A DNA stretch of 64,000 nt, from assembly GCA_963833225.1 (NCBI GenBank), contig CAWHXD010000019.1:608001-672000 (forward strand), written 5' to 3'. This DNA comes from an uncultured Chloroflexia bacterium. GTDB lineage: Bacteria; Chloroflexota; Limnocylindria; Limnocylindrales; CSP1-4. This document shows positions 1 through 9,976 of the stretch, in pieces. The notes under the pieces were generated by a model, which saw nothing but the letters and a program-made list of their open reading frames with translations, was not told the DNA's origin and ran no database searches. Position 1 is the stretch's first letter. Every line of letters begins with the position of its first letter. The position numbers were made by a program, and so were the translations under genes.

Positions 1-451
1 GTTCGCCATCGGGGCCATGGTGGCGCTCGTGATCTACTTCGTGACCGCCGATGTCCAGGTGCGACAGCCCGCGCCACGCGATCCCGTGTCGCTCACGATG
101 TGGGGCATGGGGGCGGCGGCCCTTGCCTGGGCAGTCGTTGCCCCCTGGTGGTCGTTCCCATTCGACGACTTCACGGGTGGCGTCCAGCTGCTCGGGGCCG
201 TGGGGCCGGTGGTGCCTGCCCTCGGCCTTGCGGGCTGGATGGTGGTGCTCGGCACAGTCGTGCCGTTCTCGTTGGTCGTGCTGTCGATGCAGCACCTGCG
301 GGCGTCCCAGGCGTCGACAGTCGGCCTCACCGAGCCGATCTTCGCGACGGTCATCGCGTGGCTGGCCCTCGGGGAAGCCCTGTCGCCGGTGCAGATCGCC
401 GGAGCGGCCGTCGTGCTCGCAAGCGTGCTTGTTGCTGAGCGCAACCGCTGA
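1..451 (+). CDS. EamA/DMT family transporter (5' truncated by window)
   Basis: Multiple hydrophobic helices and an EamA-type C-terminal motif (ASTVGLTEPIFATVIAWLALGEALSPVQIAGAAVVL); frame runs from the window start. Confidence 0.85.
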   Translation, partial: FAIGAMVALVIYFVTADVQVRQPAPRDPVSLTMWGMGAAALAWAVVAPWWSFPFDDFTGGVQLLGAVGPVVPALGLAGWMVVLGTVVPFSLVVLSMQHLRASQASTVGLTEPIFATVIAWLALGEALSPVQIAGAAVVLASVLVAERNR

Positions 452-474
452 GCGTCGGCCGAGCCCAGGCGCCG

Positions 475-1668
475 CTAGATCAGGCCCGCGCCGAGCTGCC
501 CGGCCAGGGCCGCCAGCCCGACGACCACGATCGGGGGCACGCGGCCGGTGAGGAGGGCCGCGAGTCCGACGGCGGCAACCACGACATCGCCCATGCCCTC
601 GATGGCACCAGTCCAGATGGGGGTGTACAGCGCCGCAAAGAGGATCCCGACCACGGCCGCGTTGGTGCCCAGCAGCGCCCGCCGGAACCGTGGGGCGGTG
701 CGCATCCGATCCCAGAACGGCAAGGCGCCGAAGACCAGCAGGAACGATGGCAGGAAGATCGCCACCAGGGCGAGCAGCCCGCCCGCCACCCCATTGGGAG
801 CGACGGTCGACACCGTGCCGAGGTAGCCCGCGAACGTGAACAACGGCCCCGGCACCGCCTGCGCGGCACCGTAGCCGGCGAGGAAGGCGCCATCGGACAC
901 CCATCCGGGATCGACGACGTTTGCATGGAGCAGCGGGAGCACGACGTGACCGCCGCCGAACACGAGCGCGCCCGACCGGTAGAAGCTGTCGAACACCGCA
1001 GCGGCCTGACCCCCGGCCAGCCGCAGCACCGGCAATCCGACGAGCAGCACCGCAAAGGTCGCAAGCGCCACGGCGCCGACGCGGCGCCCGACGGGTGGCG
1101 GCTGCGGGCTGCGATCCGGGTGTGTCGGGGCGCGGAGCAGGATGACACCCACGGCGGCGCCCGCGCCGATGACCAGGACCTGCGACAGCGGCGACGCGAT
1201 CAGGAGTGACGCGGCGGCGGCCGCGGCGGCGATGAGACGTCGTCGCGCGTCCGGCGCGAGCGATCGAGCCATCAGGATCACGGCCTGTGCGACCACGGCG
1301 ACCGCCGCGAGCTTGAGCCCGTGGACCCAGCCCGCGGTCCCGAGGTCGGCCGGCGACGCGAGCAGGCCGAACGCGATCATCGCGATCGCCGACGGCGTCG
1401 TGAACCCGATCCAGGCGGCAATCCCGCCGAGGATCCCCGCGCGGCGGGTCCCGATCGCGATCCCCAGCTCGCTGCTGGCCGGGCCTGGCAGCATCTGGCT
1501 GAGCGCCACCAGGTCGGCGAACGCCGCCTCGTCCAGCCATCGCCTTCGCTCCACGTACTCGCGCCGGTAATAGCCGATGTGGGCGATCGGACCACCGAAG
1601 GACGTCAGCCCGAGGCGCAGCGCGGCGCCGAGGACCTCGAGGGGGGAGCCAGGTCGTGGTTCGCGCAC
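475..1668 (-). CDS. chrA: Chromate efflux transporter (CHR family)
   Basis: LGLTSFGGPIAHIG, SQMLPGP, GALVFGGGHVVLP and AQAVPGPLF motifs in two repeats. Confidence 0.93.
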   Translation of the reverse strand: MREPRPGSPLEVLGAALRLGLTSFGGPIAHIGYYRREYVERRRWLDEAAFADLVALSQMLPGPASSELGIAIGTRRAGILGGIAAWIGFTTPSAIAMIAFGLLASPADLGTAGWVHGLKLAAVAVVAQAVILMARSLAPDARRRLIAAAAAAASLLIASPLSQVLVIGAGAAVGVILLRAPTHPDRSPQPPPVGRRVGAVALATFAVLLVGLPVLRLAGGQAAAVFDSFYRSGALVFGGGHVVLPLLHANVVDPGWVSDGAFLAGYGAAQAVPGPLFTFAGYLGTVSTVAPNGVAGGLLALVAIFLPSFLLVFGALPFWDRMRTAPRFRRALLGTNAAVVGILFAALYTPIWTGAIEGMGDVVVAAVGLAALLTGRVPPIVVVGLAALAGQLGAGLI

Positions 1669-1696
1669 GTCAACAGGCTACGTGAGTGACCAGGTC

Positions 1697-1855
1697 GCTC
1701 GCGGTGCGCTCTCGCCTGGCTCGCGGTGCGCTCTCGCCTGGCTCGCGGCCCGCACCTGCCTGGCTCACTCAGCCCGCACCTGCCTGGCTCACTCGCCGGT
1801 CGTTGCGATGGCCCGCACCTGCCTGGCTCACTCGCCGGTCGTTGCGATGGCCCGC
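1697..1855. repeat. Nested tandem repeats (22-bp x2; 23-bp core x3, two of them in 39-bp units)
   Basis: GCTCGCGGTGCGCTCTCGCCTG at 1697-1718 and 1719-1740; GCCCGCACCTGCCTGGCTCACTC at 1748, 1772 and 1811; 39-mers at 1772-1810 and 1811-1849. Confidence 0.9.
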
Positions 1856-1968
1856 GAGGTCTCGTGCCCGCCGCGCGATCAAGAACGTGAACCACGAGGT
1901 CCGCGGTTCATGATCCGGCCCGCTGGCCGGGCACAACGCCGGTCGTGCCATCGCAGTGGTCGCTGGGC

Positions 1969-2110
1969 GGGCGGGATCGGGCGCCGGGCGGGACCGGGCG
2001 CCGGGCGGGACAGTGTCGCCCGGGCGGGCAGGGAGCGAGCAGGGGGTGGCATCGCGAGCTGGACCCTCGACCGCGGCGGCCGACCGGACCCTCGACCGCG
2101 GCGGCCGACC
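1969..2110. repeat. Short tandem repeats (17-bp x2.5; 25-bp x2)
   Basis: GGGCGGGAYCGGGCGCC at 1969 and 1986 (partial at 2003); GGACCCTCGACCGCGGCGGCCGACC at 2061-2085 and 2086-2110. Confidence 0.85.
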
Positions 2111-2127
2111 GCAGCCTCGCCACGGGC

Positions 2128-2604
2128 TCAGGCGGGGACGGCGACCTCGATGATGCCGTCGGTGACGCGCACCGGGTAGTAGCGGAAGCGTCGCACCCGG
2201 GTGAGCCGCCGGGCCTGGCTCTTGGTTCCGGGGGGATCATCCTTGGGCTCGCGTCCGGGCGGCGTCCACACCGGCTCGTAGGTGCCGTCCGGCCAGAGGC
2301 CGCCGGTGGTCGGCATCTGGACGGGGTCGCCAGTGGCCAGGTCGAAGCGGCCGGCGTGCAGCGGACAGGCAACGACGCACCCGTCGATCGACCCGATGGA
2401 CAGGGGAGCCGACATGTGGGGGCACCGGTCGTCCACCGCGCACAGTCCCAGCGACGAATGGGCGAGCAGGATGTCCGCCTCGCCCAGGGTCACCCGCCGG
2501 AGCGCGCCGGGTGGGAGCTCGTCGACGGCGATGGCCGCCCGGAACGGCGCATGGGCGGCACCCGGGGCGAGGAGCGACGGTGGGAACGGGAGGATCTCGA
2601 TCAC
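2128..2604 (-). CDS. Rieske [2Fe-2S] ferredoxin-like protein
   Basis: CPH...CPLH ligands (DDRCPHMSAPL, VVACPLHAGRFDLATG); GTG start 6 nt after TACGCT. Confidence 0.85.
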   Translation of the reverse strand: MIEILPFPPSLLAPGAAHAPFRAAIAVDELPPGALRRVTLGEADILLAHSSLGLCAVDDRCPHMSAPLSIGSIDGCVVACPLHAGRFDLATGDPVQMPTTGGLWPDGTYEPVWTPPGREPKDDPPGTKSQARRLTRVRRFRYYPVRVTDGIIEVAVPA

Positions 2605-2721
2605 GGGGCTAGCGTAGCGCGGGACGGGCGCCGACCAGCTCGACGCGCTCACTTGACGCGGAGCAGCCCGACTCCCCAGGTGGGGCGTCGGGCTGCAGGC
2701 CGGGCCGTAACGAGCGGACGG

Positions 2722-4452
2722 TCAGTCGCTTGCGGGTGCGGGGACGGGCGGCTGGCCGACCGGCGCATCGTCCGCGGCCACGGTGGCGGTGGAGCCCGGT
2801 GCAGCCGACGGAACCGGCTCGCGCGCCCCGGCGGACGAACGGAGCGGAAGCTCCTTGAGGAACAGGGCCGCGGCGAAGGCCCCCACGGTGGCAAACGCGC
2901 CGATCAGGAACACCGTCGAGATCGCGAGGCTGAACGACTGCTGGATCGCGAACACGATGCCCGGGATGAGTGGCTCAACCGCGGCCCGGAACGCCTCCGG
3001 GACCCCGGCCAGGATCGTGGCCCCGAGGTCGCCGCCGACCCGGATCAGGCTGGTCGCGTTGCCATCGCCGGCGCTCGTGAACTGGGTGACCATCTGCTGT
3101 GGGACGCCGGCGGTCAGGAGCTGATGCGGCAGCTCCTCGGTCAGCCGGTTGCCGAACACGGTGCCCAGCAGCGCGAGCCCGATGGAGCCGCCGATCTGGC
3201 GGAAGAACGTGAGGTTGGACGTCGCGACGCCCAGCGCCCGGATCGGCACGGCGTTCTGGATGATGATCGTGAACACGGACAGCGTCGGGCCGATGCCCAG
3301 GCCGGCCACGAACATCCAGGCCCACAGGACGGGCAGCGGCGTGTCGGCGCGGATCTGGGTCAGCAGGAGCAGGCCCGCAACCATCAGGATGAGCCCGCCG
3401 AGGATCAGGGCCTTGTACTTGCCGGTTCGCGACACGAGGATCCCCGAGCCGACCGAGCTGATGATCAGTCCGGCGAGCAGCGCCAGCGAGTAGAGGCCCG
3501 AGTTCGTCGGCGTGGCGCCCTGCACGAACTGGAACCACTGCGGCAGGAACACGGCCGCCCCGAAGAAGCCGAACGAGATCAGGAAGGTCGCGATGATCGA
3601 GGCGGAGTAGGTCCGGATTCTCCACAGGTTGAGCGGGACGATCGGCTCCTTGGCACGCGACTCGACCAGCGTGAACACCGCGCCGAGCGCGAGGCCGATC
3701 AGGATCAGCCCGCCGACCTCGAACGTGTTCCAGTCACTGCTCTGCTTGTTGGTCAGGCCGATCAGGAGTGATCCGACGGCGACGATGAACACGCCGGCGC
3801 CCGCGAAGTCGAGGTTGCGGGACGCGTCAGGGCGCTTGACGGTCGGCAGCAGCCGCCAGATCACGGCCAGCGCGACGATGCCGATCGGCAGGTTGACGAA
3901 GAAGATCCAGTGCCAGCTGATCTGCTCGGTCAGGAACCCCCCGAGCAGTGGGCCGACGATCGACGACAGACCGAAGACCGCCCCGAACAGGCCCTGGTAC
4001 TTGCCGCGTTCGGCGGGGCTGAACAGGTCGCCGATGACGGCGAGGCTGATCGGGAACAGGGCGCCCGCGCCGAGGCCCTGGACGCCCCGGAAGATGATCA
4101 GCTGGGTCATGTTCCCGCTCAGGCCGGACAGGACCGAGCCGGTGAGGAACAGGGTGATGCCGATCATCAGCAGCGGCTTCCGGCCGTACAGGTCCGAGAG
4201 CTTCCCGTAGAACGGGACGGTGATCGTCGACGTCAGCAGGTAGATGGTGATCGTCCAGGTCAGCAGCTCCTGGCCACCGAGCTGGGTCACGATGGTGGGC
4301 AGCGCAACCGCGACGATCGTCTGGTCGAGCGCGCCCAGGAACAGCCCCATCATGATCGCGAACAGGATCTCCATCTTCGCGCGGTGGGACAGGTTCAGGG
4401 CGCCGAGACCGTGGGCGGGTTCAGCCTCGTGGGCCGAGGGCATCGCTTCCAA
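2722..4452 (-). CDS. MFS multidrug efflux transporter, DHA2/EmrB-QacA type
   Basis: LDQTIVAVALPTI, GKLSDLYGRK, FRGVQGLGAG and WHWIFFVNLPIG motifs; many TM helices. Confidence 0.93.
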   Translation of the reverse strand: MEAMPSAHEAEPAHGLGALNLSHRAKMEILFAIMMGLFLGALDQTIVAVALPTIVTQLGGQELLTWTITIYLLTSTITVPFYGKLSDLYGRKPLLMIGITLFLTGSVLSGLSGNMTQLIIFRGVQGLGAGALFPISLAVIGDLFSPAERGKYQGLFGAVFGLSSIVGPLLGGFLTEQISWHWIFFVNLPIGIVALAVIWRLLPTVKRPDASRNLDFAGAGVFIVAVGSLLIGLTNKQSSDWNTFEVGGLILIGLALGAVFTLVESRAKEPIVPLNLWRIRTYSASIIATFLISFGFFGAAVFLPQWFQFVQGATPTNSGLYSLALLAGLIISSVGSGILVSRTGKYKALILGGLILMVAGLLLLTQIRADTPLPVLWAWMFVAGLGIGPTLSVFTIIIQNAVPIRALGVATSNLTFFRQIGGSIGLALLGTVFGNRLTEELPHQLLTAGVPQQMVTQFTSAGDGNATSLIRVGGDLGATILAGVPEAFRAAVEPLIPGIVFAIQQSFSLAISTVFLIGAFATVGAFAAALFLKELPLRSSAGAREPVPSAAPGSTATVAADDAPVGQPPVPAPASD

Positions 4453-4463
4453 GAAGGTTCCTT

Positions 4464-4997
4464 TCAGGGGAGTTGGGGACGCAAGTGCGAACAGGGTGCG
4501 GCGCCGGCGTAGCGGTCCGGGGCCTCCGCGAGCTCGTGTTCGATGGCAGCGGCGATGTCCGCCGCCGCATGGGAGAGGCGCTCGACCTGCCTGAGGGTGA
4601 GCCGGCCGATCGCTGCCCGCATGACGTCGCTGCGGATCAGCTCCGCCTCGTCCACGAGCGCCTCACCGACCTCGGTGGGTCGGACGAGCACGACACGCCG
4701 GTCGTCCGGGACGCGAACCCGCTCGACGAGCCCGCGCTCCTCCATCCGGTCGATGATGCCGGTCGTGCTGGACATTGACGCGTCCAGGATCTCCGCCAGG
4801 TGGCCCATCGGCTGCTCGCCGTGGTGGCGGAGCAGCGTGAGCACATGGAAGTGGGTCATGCTGATCCCCAGCCGCACCATGTGCTGGGAGCCCGCACAGC
4901 GGAGCGACCCGACCGCCCGGCCAAGCCCGGCGATCGCGTCCTCGGCCGCGCGGACGCGGGCCTCGGCGCCGTCAGGGATCGGGGTCATGGTTCGCAT
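4464..4997 (-). CDS. MarR family transcriptional regulator
   Basis: STTGIIDRMEERGLVERVRVPDDRRVVLVRPT wHTH signature; directly upstream of the MFS gene. Confidence 0.92.
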   Translation of the reverse strand: MRTMTPIPDGAEARVRAAEDAIAGLGRAVGSLRCAGSQHMVRLGISMTHFHVLTLLRHHGEQPMGHLAEILDASMSSTTGIIDRMEERGLVERVRVPDDRRVVLVRPTEVGEALVDEAELIRSDVMRAAIGRLTLRQVERLSHAAADIAAAIEHELAEAPDRYAGAAPCSHLRPQLP

Positions 4998-5006
4998 GAG
5001 GTGAAG

Positions 5007-5035
5007 TATTTACGCCATTCGAACTATTCTGTCAA
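5007..5035 (-). promoter_or_regulatory. marR promoter (-35 TTGACA) with overlapping imperfect palindrome, probable MarR operator
   Basis: AT-rich island; TTGACA on the minus strand at 5035-5030; TATTTACG-ccatt-CGAACTA at 5007-5026. Confidence 0.5.
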
Positions 5036-5068
5036 CCTGAACGTTCCATCCCGCACGGAGGATCTGGC

Positions 5069-6036
5069 GTGCGCTTCGCGCTGATGATCGAGCCCCAGAT
5101 GGGTCTCACCTACGACGAGCAGCTCGCGGTCGCCCGCCGGGCGGAGGCGGTCGGCTTTGAGACGCTGTTCCGGTCCGACCACTACGACGCGTTCCCGGGA
5201 CGCACCGACAACCCGACAACGGACGCGTGGACGGTGCTCGCCGGGCTGGCGCGCGAAACGACCAGCATCCGCCTGGGGTCGCTGGTGTCACCGGTGCTGT
5301 TCCGGGCGCCCGGCCACCTGGCCAAGGTGGTCGTCACCGTCGATGAGATGAGCGGCGGCCGGATCGAGGTCGGCCTGGGCGCCGGGTGGCACGAGCACGA
5401 GCACCGTGGTCACGGGATCCCGTTCCCGGAGATCGGGGAACGGGCCGACCGGCTCGAGGAGGCGCTCGAGATCCTGCACGGCCTCTGGGAGCAGCCGGAC
5501 GGCTGGTCATTCCTGGGTGCGCACTACGCGGTTGACGATGCGTTCTTCCGCCCCAGACCCGGCTCCCTGCCGTCCCGGGCCGGGGCACGTCCGACCATCA
5601 TCACCGGCGGCACGGGGACCGCCCGGGGATACCGGATCGCGGCCCGCCATGCGGATGAGTTCAACCTCTCGTCCACCAGCCCCGAGGGGGCCGTCGCCAA
5701 GTTCGCGCGCGCTCGACGACGCCTGCCTGCGCGATCGGGCGCGAGCCCGCCAGCCTCGTGCACTCGGCCATGTCGGGGCTCCTGATCGGGCGGGACGCGG
5801 CGGAGCTCCGGCGCCGCTCGGGTGAGCTCATGGCGGCGTTCGGTGGCTCGGACGATGAGTCCGAGACGTGGTTTGCCGCCCGGCGGCCGCGCTGGGTCTA
5901 CGGGACGCCGGACGAGGCCCGGGACGTGGTTCGGCGGTTTGCGGAGATCGGCGTGGAGCGGCTGATGCTCCAGGACTTCCTCGCGCGCGACCTGGACATG
6001 ATCGACCTGGCCGCCGAGGTGCTGTTCGACGCCTGA
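5069..6036 (+). CDS. LLM-class (luciferase-like, probably F420-dependent) oxidoreductase; apparent frameshifts near 5705-5730
   Basis: FRSDHY, DAWTVLAGLARET, IRLGSLVSP and VDEMSGGRIEVGLGAGW motifs; C-terminus continues in the 5758..6036 frame. Confidence 0.85.
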
Positions 6037-6041
6037 CCGGG

Positions 6042-7308
6042 TCAGGACCGGGACGCGTCCGCCCTCGGAGGTCGCCCCGGGCGCGTCGGCCACGTCGGCA
6101 GCCCGCAGGTAGACGGGGTCGTCGCGGCGAATCGGGTCCGGGTTCGTGCCCCGCGCATGCGCGACGGCAAGGGTGACCAGCTGGAGCGGGCCGGCGGCGC
6201 CCAGCAGTGCCGCCGGTCCATTGGGCATCCCATCGTGGTCCGGCACGATGATTCGGCCCGCGGGCGTCAGCTCCGCGGGGATGCCAGCCGCTGCCGCCGC
6301 GCCGAGGATCGCCCCGACCCGGATCCCGGTGGCCGCCGCCGCCGCAAGCGCCTGCCGGGCGCGCCTCGTCCGCTTCTCGAGGGCGCCGCGCTCCAGCAGC
6401 ACCAGCACCAGCGCCGTCGACGGCCCGGTGGCCGGCAGGTGGCCATGGAGGAAGGTCTCGAGGTCGCGCATCGCAGAGGGGACGTAGGCGGCTTCCTCGA
6501 CCTTGAGCGTGAGCTCTCGCGCCGTGATCCGGTCCACGCCCGACGCCACGACCAGCAGGTGTGAAGCGGCCGCGATGTCCGCGCCGATCGCGGCGCCGGG
6601 GCGGGTGCCGTCGGGCCCGGCTGCGTGGGCTGCCTCGATGCCCGCGGCAAGCCGGTCCCGGATCCGGTCGGGGTTGGGCGTGCCGCCGGCGATGATCCCG
6701 GCCGTGACCGTGGCCGCGGCGATCGGCGACACGTAGCCCACGGTGTGGCACCAGGACTGGTCCAGCTCCACGGTCGCGAGGACGATCTCGGCTGCCGCCG
6801 ACGCCGGGGCGCCCGCCGACCCCGTGATCAGCGCCGTCCGGGCGCCATTGGCCCGCGCCGCCTCGAGCGCCGCGATCGTGGCCGCGGTGCCACCCTCATG
6901 GCTGATCCCGATGACCAGGCCCCGCGGCGGCGGGTCCTGGGCCAGCTCGAACGCCTGGACCGACACGGGTCCCCAGCCGGGCAGGCCGGCGGCCCGCCAG
7001 CCGTCGCGAAGGATTGCCGCCACGGCCATCGCCCCGTGCTCGGAGGTGCCGCAGCCCGTCACCACGACCGGGGCGCCATCCTCGCCCGCCGCACGCACCG
7101 CGCCGGCGAGAGCGGCGGCAGAGCCGTCGGCGACCAGCCGCCGCGCCACGCGAGCCCCCAGCGCGGGCTCCGCGGCGATCATCTCGGCCATCGCCCACGG
7201 AGGTCCAACACGAAGCGCGGGCATCGGCCCGTAGTCCCAGGGCTCGGGGGCGCCCGGGAGCGGATCGTCGGGTTGGAGGCCGGGCAGTGCGGCGAGCAGG
7301 TCGTCCAT
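6042..7308 (-). CDS. SIS-domain sugar-phosphate isomerase/aminotransferase-like protein; 3' end probably frameshifted
   Basis: VVVTGCGTSEH, IGISHEGGT, ELTLKVEEA, ETFLHGHL and RGTNPDPIR motifs; read-through into the opposite LLM gene suggests an indel before TGA at 6044-6042. Confidence 0.75.
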
Positions 7309-7423
7309 GGCCGAGATCCTACGACCCGGCAGGCCCGCAGGCGTGGGTCGTTGCACGGCCCGCCCCGGCGGTGCTCGACGCGAGCCCAGCCCCAGTGCTG
7401 ACGCGCGCCGTGAGTTGGGGCCG

Positions 7424-7910
7424 CTATGGGGAGGGCATGGGTCCGGCCCGACCGCGCGCCAGCAGGTCTGCGCGTGCCGCCGCCGGCCGCCCGATCCGGC
7501 GCAGGGGCCCGTACCGGAACCACGCCCGGCCGAGGAGCGCGCTCACCGGAACCGGGCCGTACCGGCGTGAGTCGATTGCGGCCCCGTACCCGGCGGCCTC
7601 CAGGTCACGATCGTCGGCATCGCCAAGCAGCCAGGCTTCGTCGTCGGCCATCTGGAGCCAGCCGTCGGTGAACGGAACCCAGTCGCCCGGCCGCGCGGCG
7701 ACGCGTTTGATCGCGAGCACATCCGTGAACGGCTCGCGGACCACGACGATGCTGCCGCGCCGGGGCCAGCGGCGGATGGTCGGATCGACGAGCAGCCAGT
7801 CTCCGGGAACGATGGCGGGCGCCATGGATGCCCTCGGAAACGGTGACCCGCCACAAGCCACCGAGGGCGTCGCCGACCCAGTGCCCGGGGCGCGTCGCCC
7901 CACGAGCCAC
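7424..7910 (-). CDS. sodX: Nickel SOD maturation protease (S26 peptidase); frameshift near 7830, start uncertain
   Basis: RVTVSEG/SMAPAIVPGDWLLV (catalytic Ser), IKRV (Lys), WLLGD and DSRRYGPV; immediately downstream of sodN. Confidence 0.8.
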
Positions 7911-8025
7911 CCGTCTGGATCGAGCGCCCGCCACGCCCGCCTCACGACGAGGCCCCGTCCATGGACGGGGCCTCGGACTCTCCGAGCGCCGAGGCGACGC
8001 TCCCGCGAGCCATCGGCGCGAGGAT

Positions 8026-8457
8026 TCAGCCGGGGCGGCCGGCCACGCGGGTCTTGCCCAATCCGCCGGTCGCCTTCCAGGCCGCGTCGACGGCATCGAT
8101 CATGTCGAGCAGCACCTTGGCGTCGGCGAGGTCCGTGCTCGCCTTGACCTTGCTGACCTGCTTGTTGGCGTTCCAGAACAGCTCGTGGAGGTTGGGGACG
8201 GCCTCGAGATGCTCGGGCTTGAAGTAGTCGTGCCAGAGGACATCGAGGTGGTGCTTGACGAGCTCCGCCCGGTCCTCCTTGATCTTGATGGCGCGGGTCC
8301 GGAAGGTCGCGTCCTCGTTGGCCGCGTACTTCTCGATGATCCGGTAGCAGGACTCGGCCTCGATGCGGGCCTGCTCGGGGTCGTAGACCCCGCACGGCAG
8401 GTCGCAGTGCGCGTGGGCGGTGGCCCTGGGGGCGAGGATCCGGGAGACGAACGACAT
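8026..8457 (-). CDS. sodN: Nickel superoxide dismutase precursor
   Basis: Ni-hook HCDLPCGVYDP after a 16-aa leader (MSFVSRILAPRATAHA); KHHLDVLWHDYFKP. Confidence 0.97.
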   Translation of the reverse strand: MSFVSRILAPRATAHAHCDLPCGVYDPEQARIEAESCYRIIEKYAANEDATFRTRAIKIKEDRAELVKHHLDVLWHDYFKPEHLEAVPNLHELFWNANKQVSKVKASTDLADAKVLLDMIDAVDAAWKATGGLGKTRVAGRPG

Positions 8458-8612
8458 GTGAAGGTGACCTCCGGGCAGGGGCGGCAACGTGATCGCCGCG
8501 GGTCGTCGGGCCGGGCTGTGGCCCGCACCTGAAGTGTCCGCGCGACTGCCAAGGACTGTCAAACGCCGAACCCTCCGGGCTGGAGCGTCGATGGCCGGGT
8601 ATCATCGCGCCG

Positions 8613-9935
8613 ATGACCGAGCGAGGGATCCCCGCTGACGCCGCGCCGGCCTGCCCGTTCGTGGCGTTCGAGGACGACCGCGACGGTCGGGCCACCGCGC
8701 CGGATCACCGGCACCGCTGCTTCGCCGAGGCGCGGCCGGCGCCCCGTGCGCTGGCACACCAGGAGGCCTACTGCCTGTCGTCGGCCTTCCCCGTATGCCC
8801 GACGTTCCAGGACTGGGCCCGTCGCGAGGCCGCCGCCGCGAGGCCGGCGCCGCCAGACCTGCCGCCGTCCGATGAGCCACCCCGTGCCCGCCCGTCGGCT
8901 CCGGTCGAAGACGATCCGCGCCGCGCCCCCTGGGCCGACACGCCGCAGCCCATCCCGCCGCGGCGGACGCAGCAACGGGACTGGGCCGCGCCACCGCCGT
9001 GGGTGGGCGAGGACGCCGACCGCCCCGAGGTCGGGGCCACCTCGAGTGCCCTGTGGGGCCCCAACGCCGGGGCGGACGCCGGCGAAGTGCCCCCGCGCGT
9101 GTCGGATCGTGGCCCGGCGCGCGACTCCGCACCAGGGCCGGACGAATGGCGCAGCGGGGCCCGCGGCCTGGCCGGGAGCGCGGCCGACCGGCTTGCCGGG
9201 CCCGACCCGGATGAGCCACGCGCTGCGATCGCTGAGCCGTACGACCCCGAGATGACCCCTGCCCGTGCCCGGGACCGCGACGATGCCGAGTACGCGCGGG
9301 ACCGTGACGATGCCCAGTACCTTCCGCCCTCCCGCCGGTCTAGGCGTGGATCGCGTCCCGCCGACCCTCGCCGGGCCGCCCGCGGCGAACCCCGTCCGGA
9401 TCCGAGGCCCGGGAGGCGGGACCAGGTGCGTCCGCCGACCGCGCAGGATCCGCAGGAGCTGTTCGGGCCGGCGTGGGAGGCGCCACGCCGCTACGAGGCC
9501 TACCCGTCGCTGCGAACCCGGATGGGCCTGCCCCGCGTCGCGGGCCTTCCCAAGGTCGCGTTGTGGGGGATCCTGCTGCTCCTTGTCGCGCTCCTCCTGT
9601 TCCTGTTCGGGCCCAGCCTCCTGGGTCTCGCCGGCGGCGACGGCGGGGCTGCCTCGCCGACCCCGTCGGCCACGGTCGCGATCACGCCCACACCGGTGCC
9701 GACCGAGCCGCCCGCTCCGACGCCGCAGGTCTACGTCGTGGCGAAGGGAGACACGATGTCGAAGATCGCCAAGAAGTTCGGCGTGACCGTCGAGGAGATC
9801 ATGGCGGCCAACCCGAAGATCAAGAACCCCGACAAGATCGGGATCGGCGATGAGATCACGATCCCGCTGCCGGCCGACGAGAACGGGTTCGGGGCGGGCG
9901 ACGGGACGGTGGTGGGAGAGTCGGCCGCCCCCTGA
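8613..9935 (+). CDS. Single-pass membrane protein: N-terminal Cys-rich domain, low-complexity linker, TM helix, Pro/Thr linker, C-terminal LysM
   Basis: YVVAKGDTMSKIAKKFGVTVEEIMAANPKIKNPDKIGIGDEITIP is a LysM domain; CPF..HRC..C..C at the N-terminus. Confidence 0.85.
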   Translation: MTERGIPADAAPACPFVAFEDDRDGRATAPDHRHRCFAEARPAPRALAHQEAYCLSSAFPVCPTFQDWARREAAAARPAPPDLPPSDEPPRARPSAPVEDDPRRAPWADTPQPIPPRRTQQRDWAAPPPWVGEDADRPEVGATSSALWGPNAGADAGEVPPRVSDRGPARDSAPGPDEWRSGARGLAGSAADRLAGPDPDEPRAAIAEPYDPEMTPARARDRDDAEYARDRDDAQYLPPSRRSRRGSRPADPRRAARGEPRPDPRPGRRDQVRPPTAQDPQELFGPAWEAPRRYEAYPSLRTRMGLPRVAGLPKVALWGILLLLVALLLFLFGPSLLGLAGGDGGAASPTPSATVAITPTPVPTEPPAPTPQVYVVAKGDTMSKIAKKFGVTVEEIMAANPKIKNPDKIGIGDEITIPLPADENGFGAGDGTVVGESAAP

Positions 9936-9976
9936 CGCGCGCGGCGACGACCGCGAGACCCGCTCGCGCGAGACCG

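Noticed and set aside
1697-2110. CRISPR array
   Set aside because: Units are direct tandem duplications without unique spacers, unit lengths vary, and there are no cas genes.
7424-8695. SodN-SodX fusion or a 423-aa SodX
   Set aside because: SodN ends at its own stop (8026); the long ORF arises from a different frame plus an indel near 7830.
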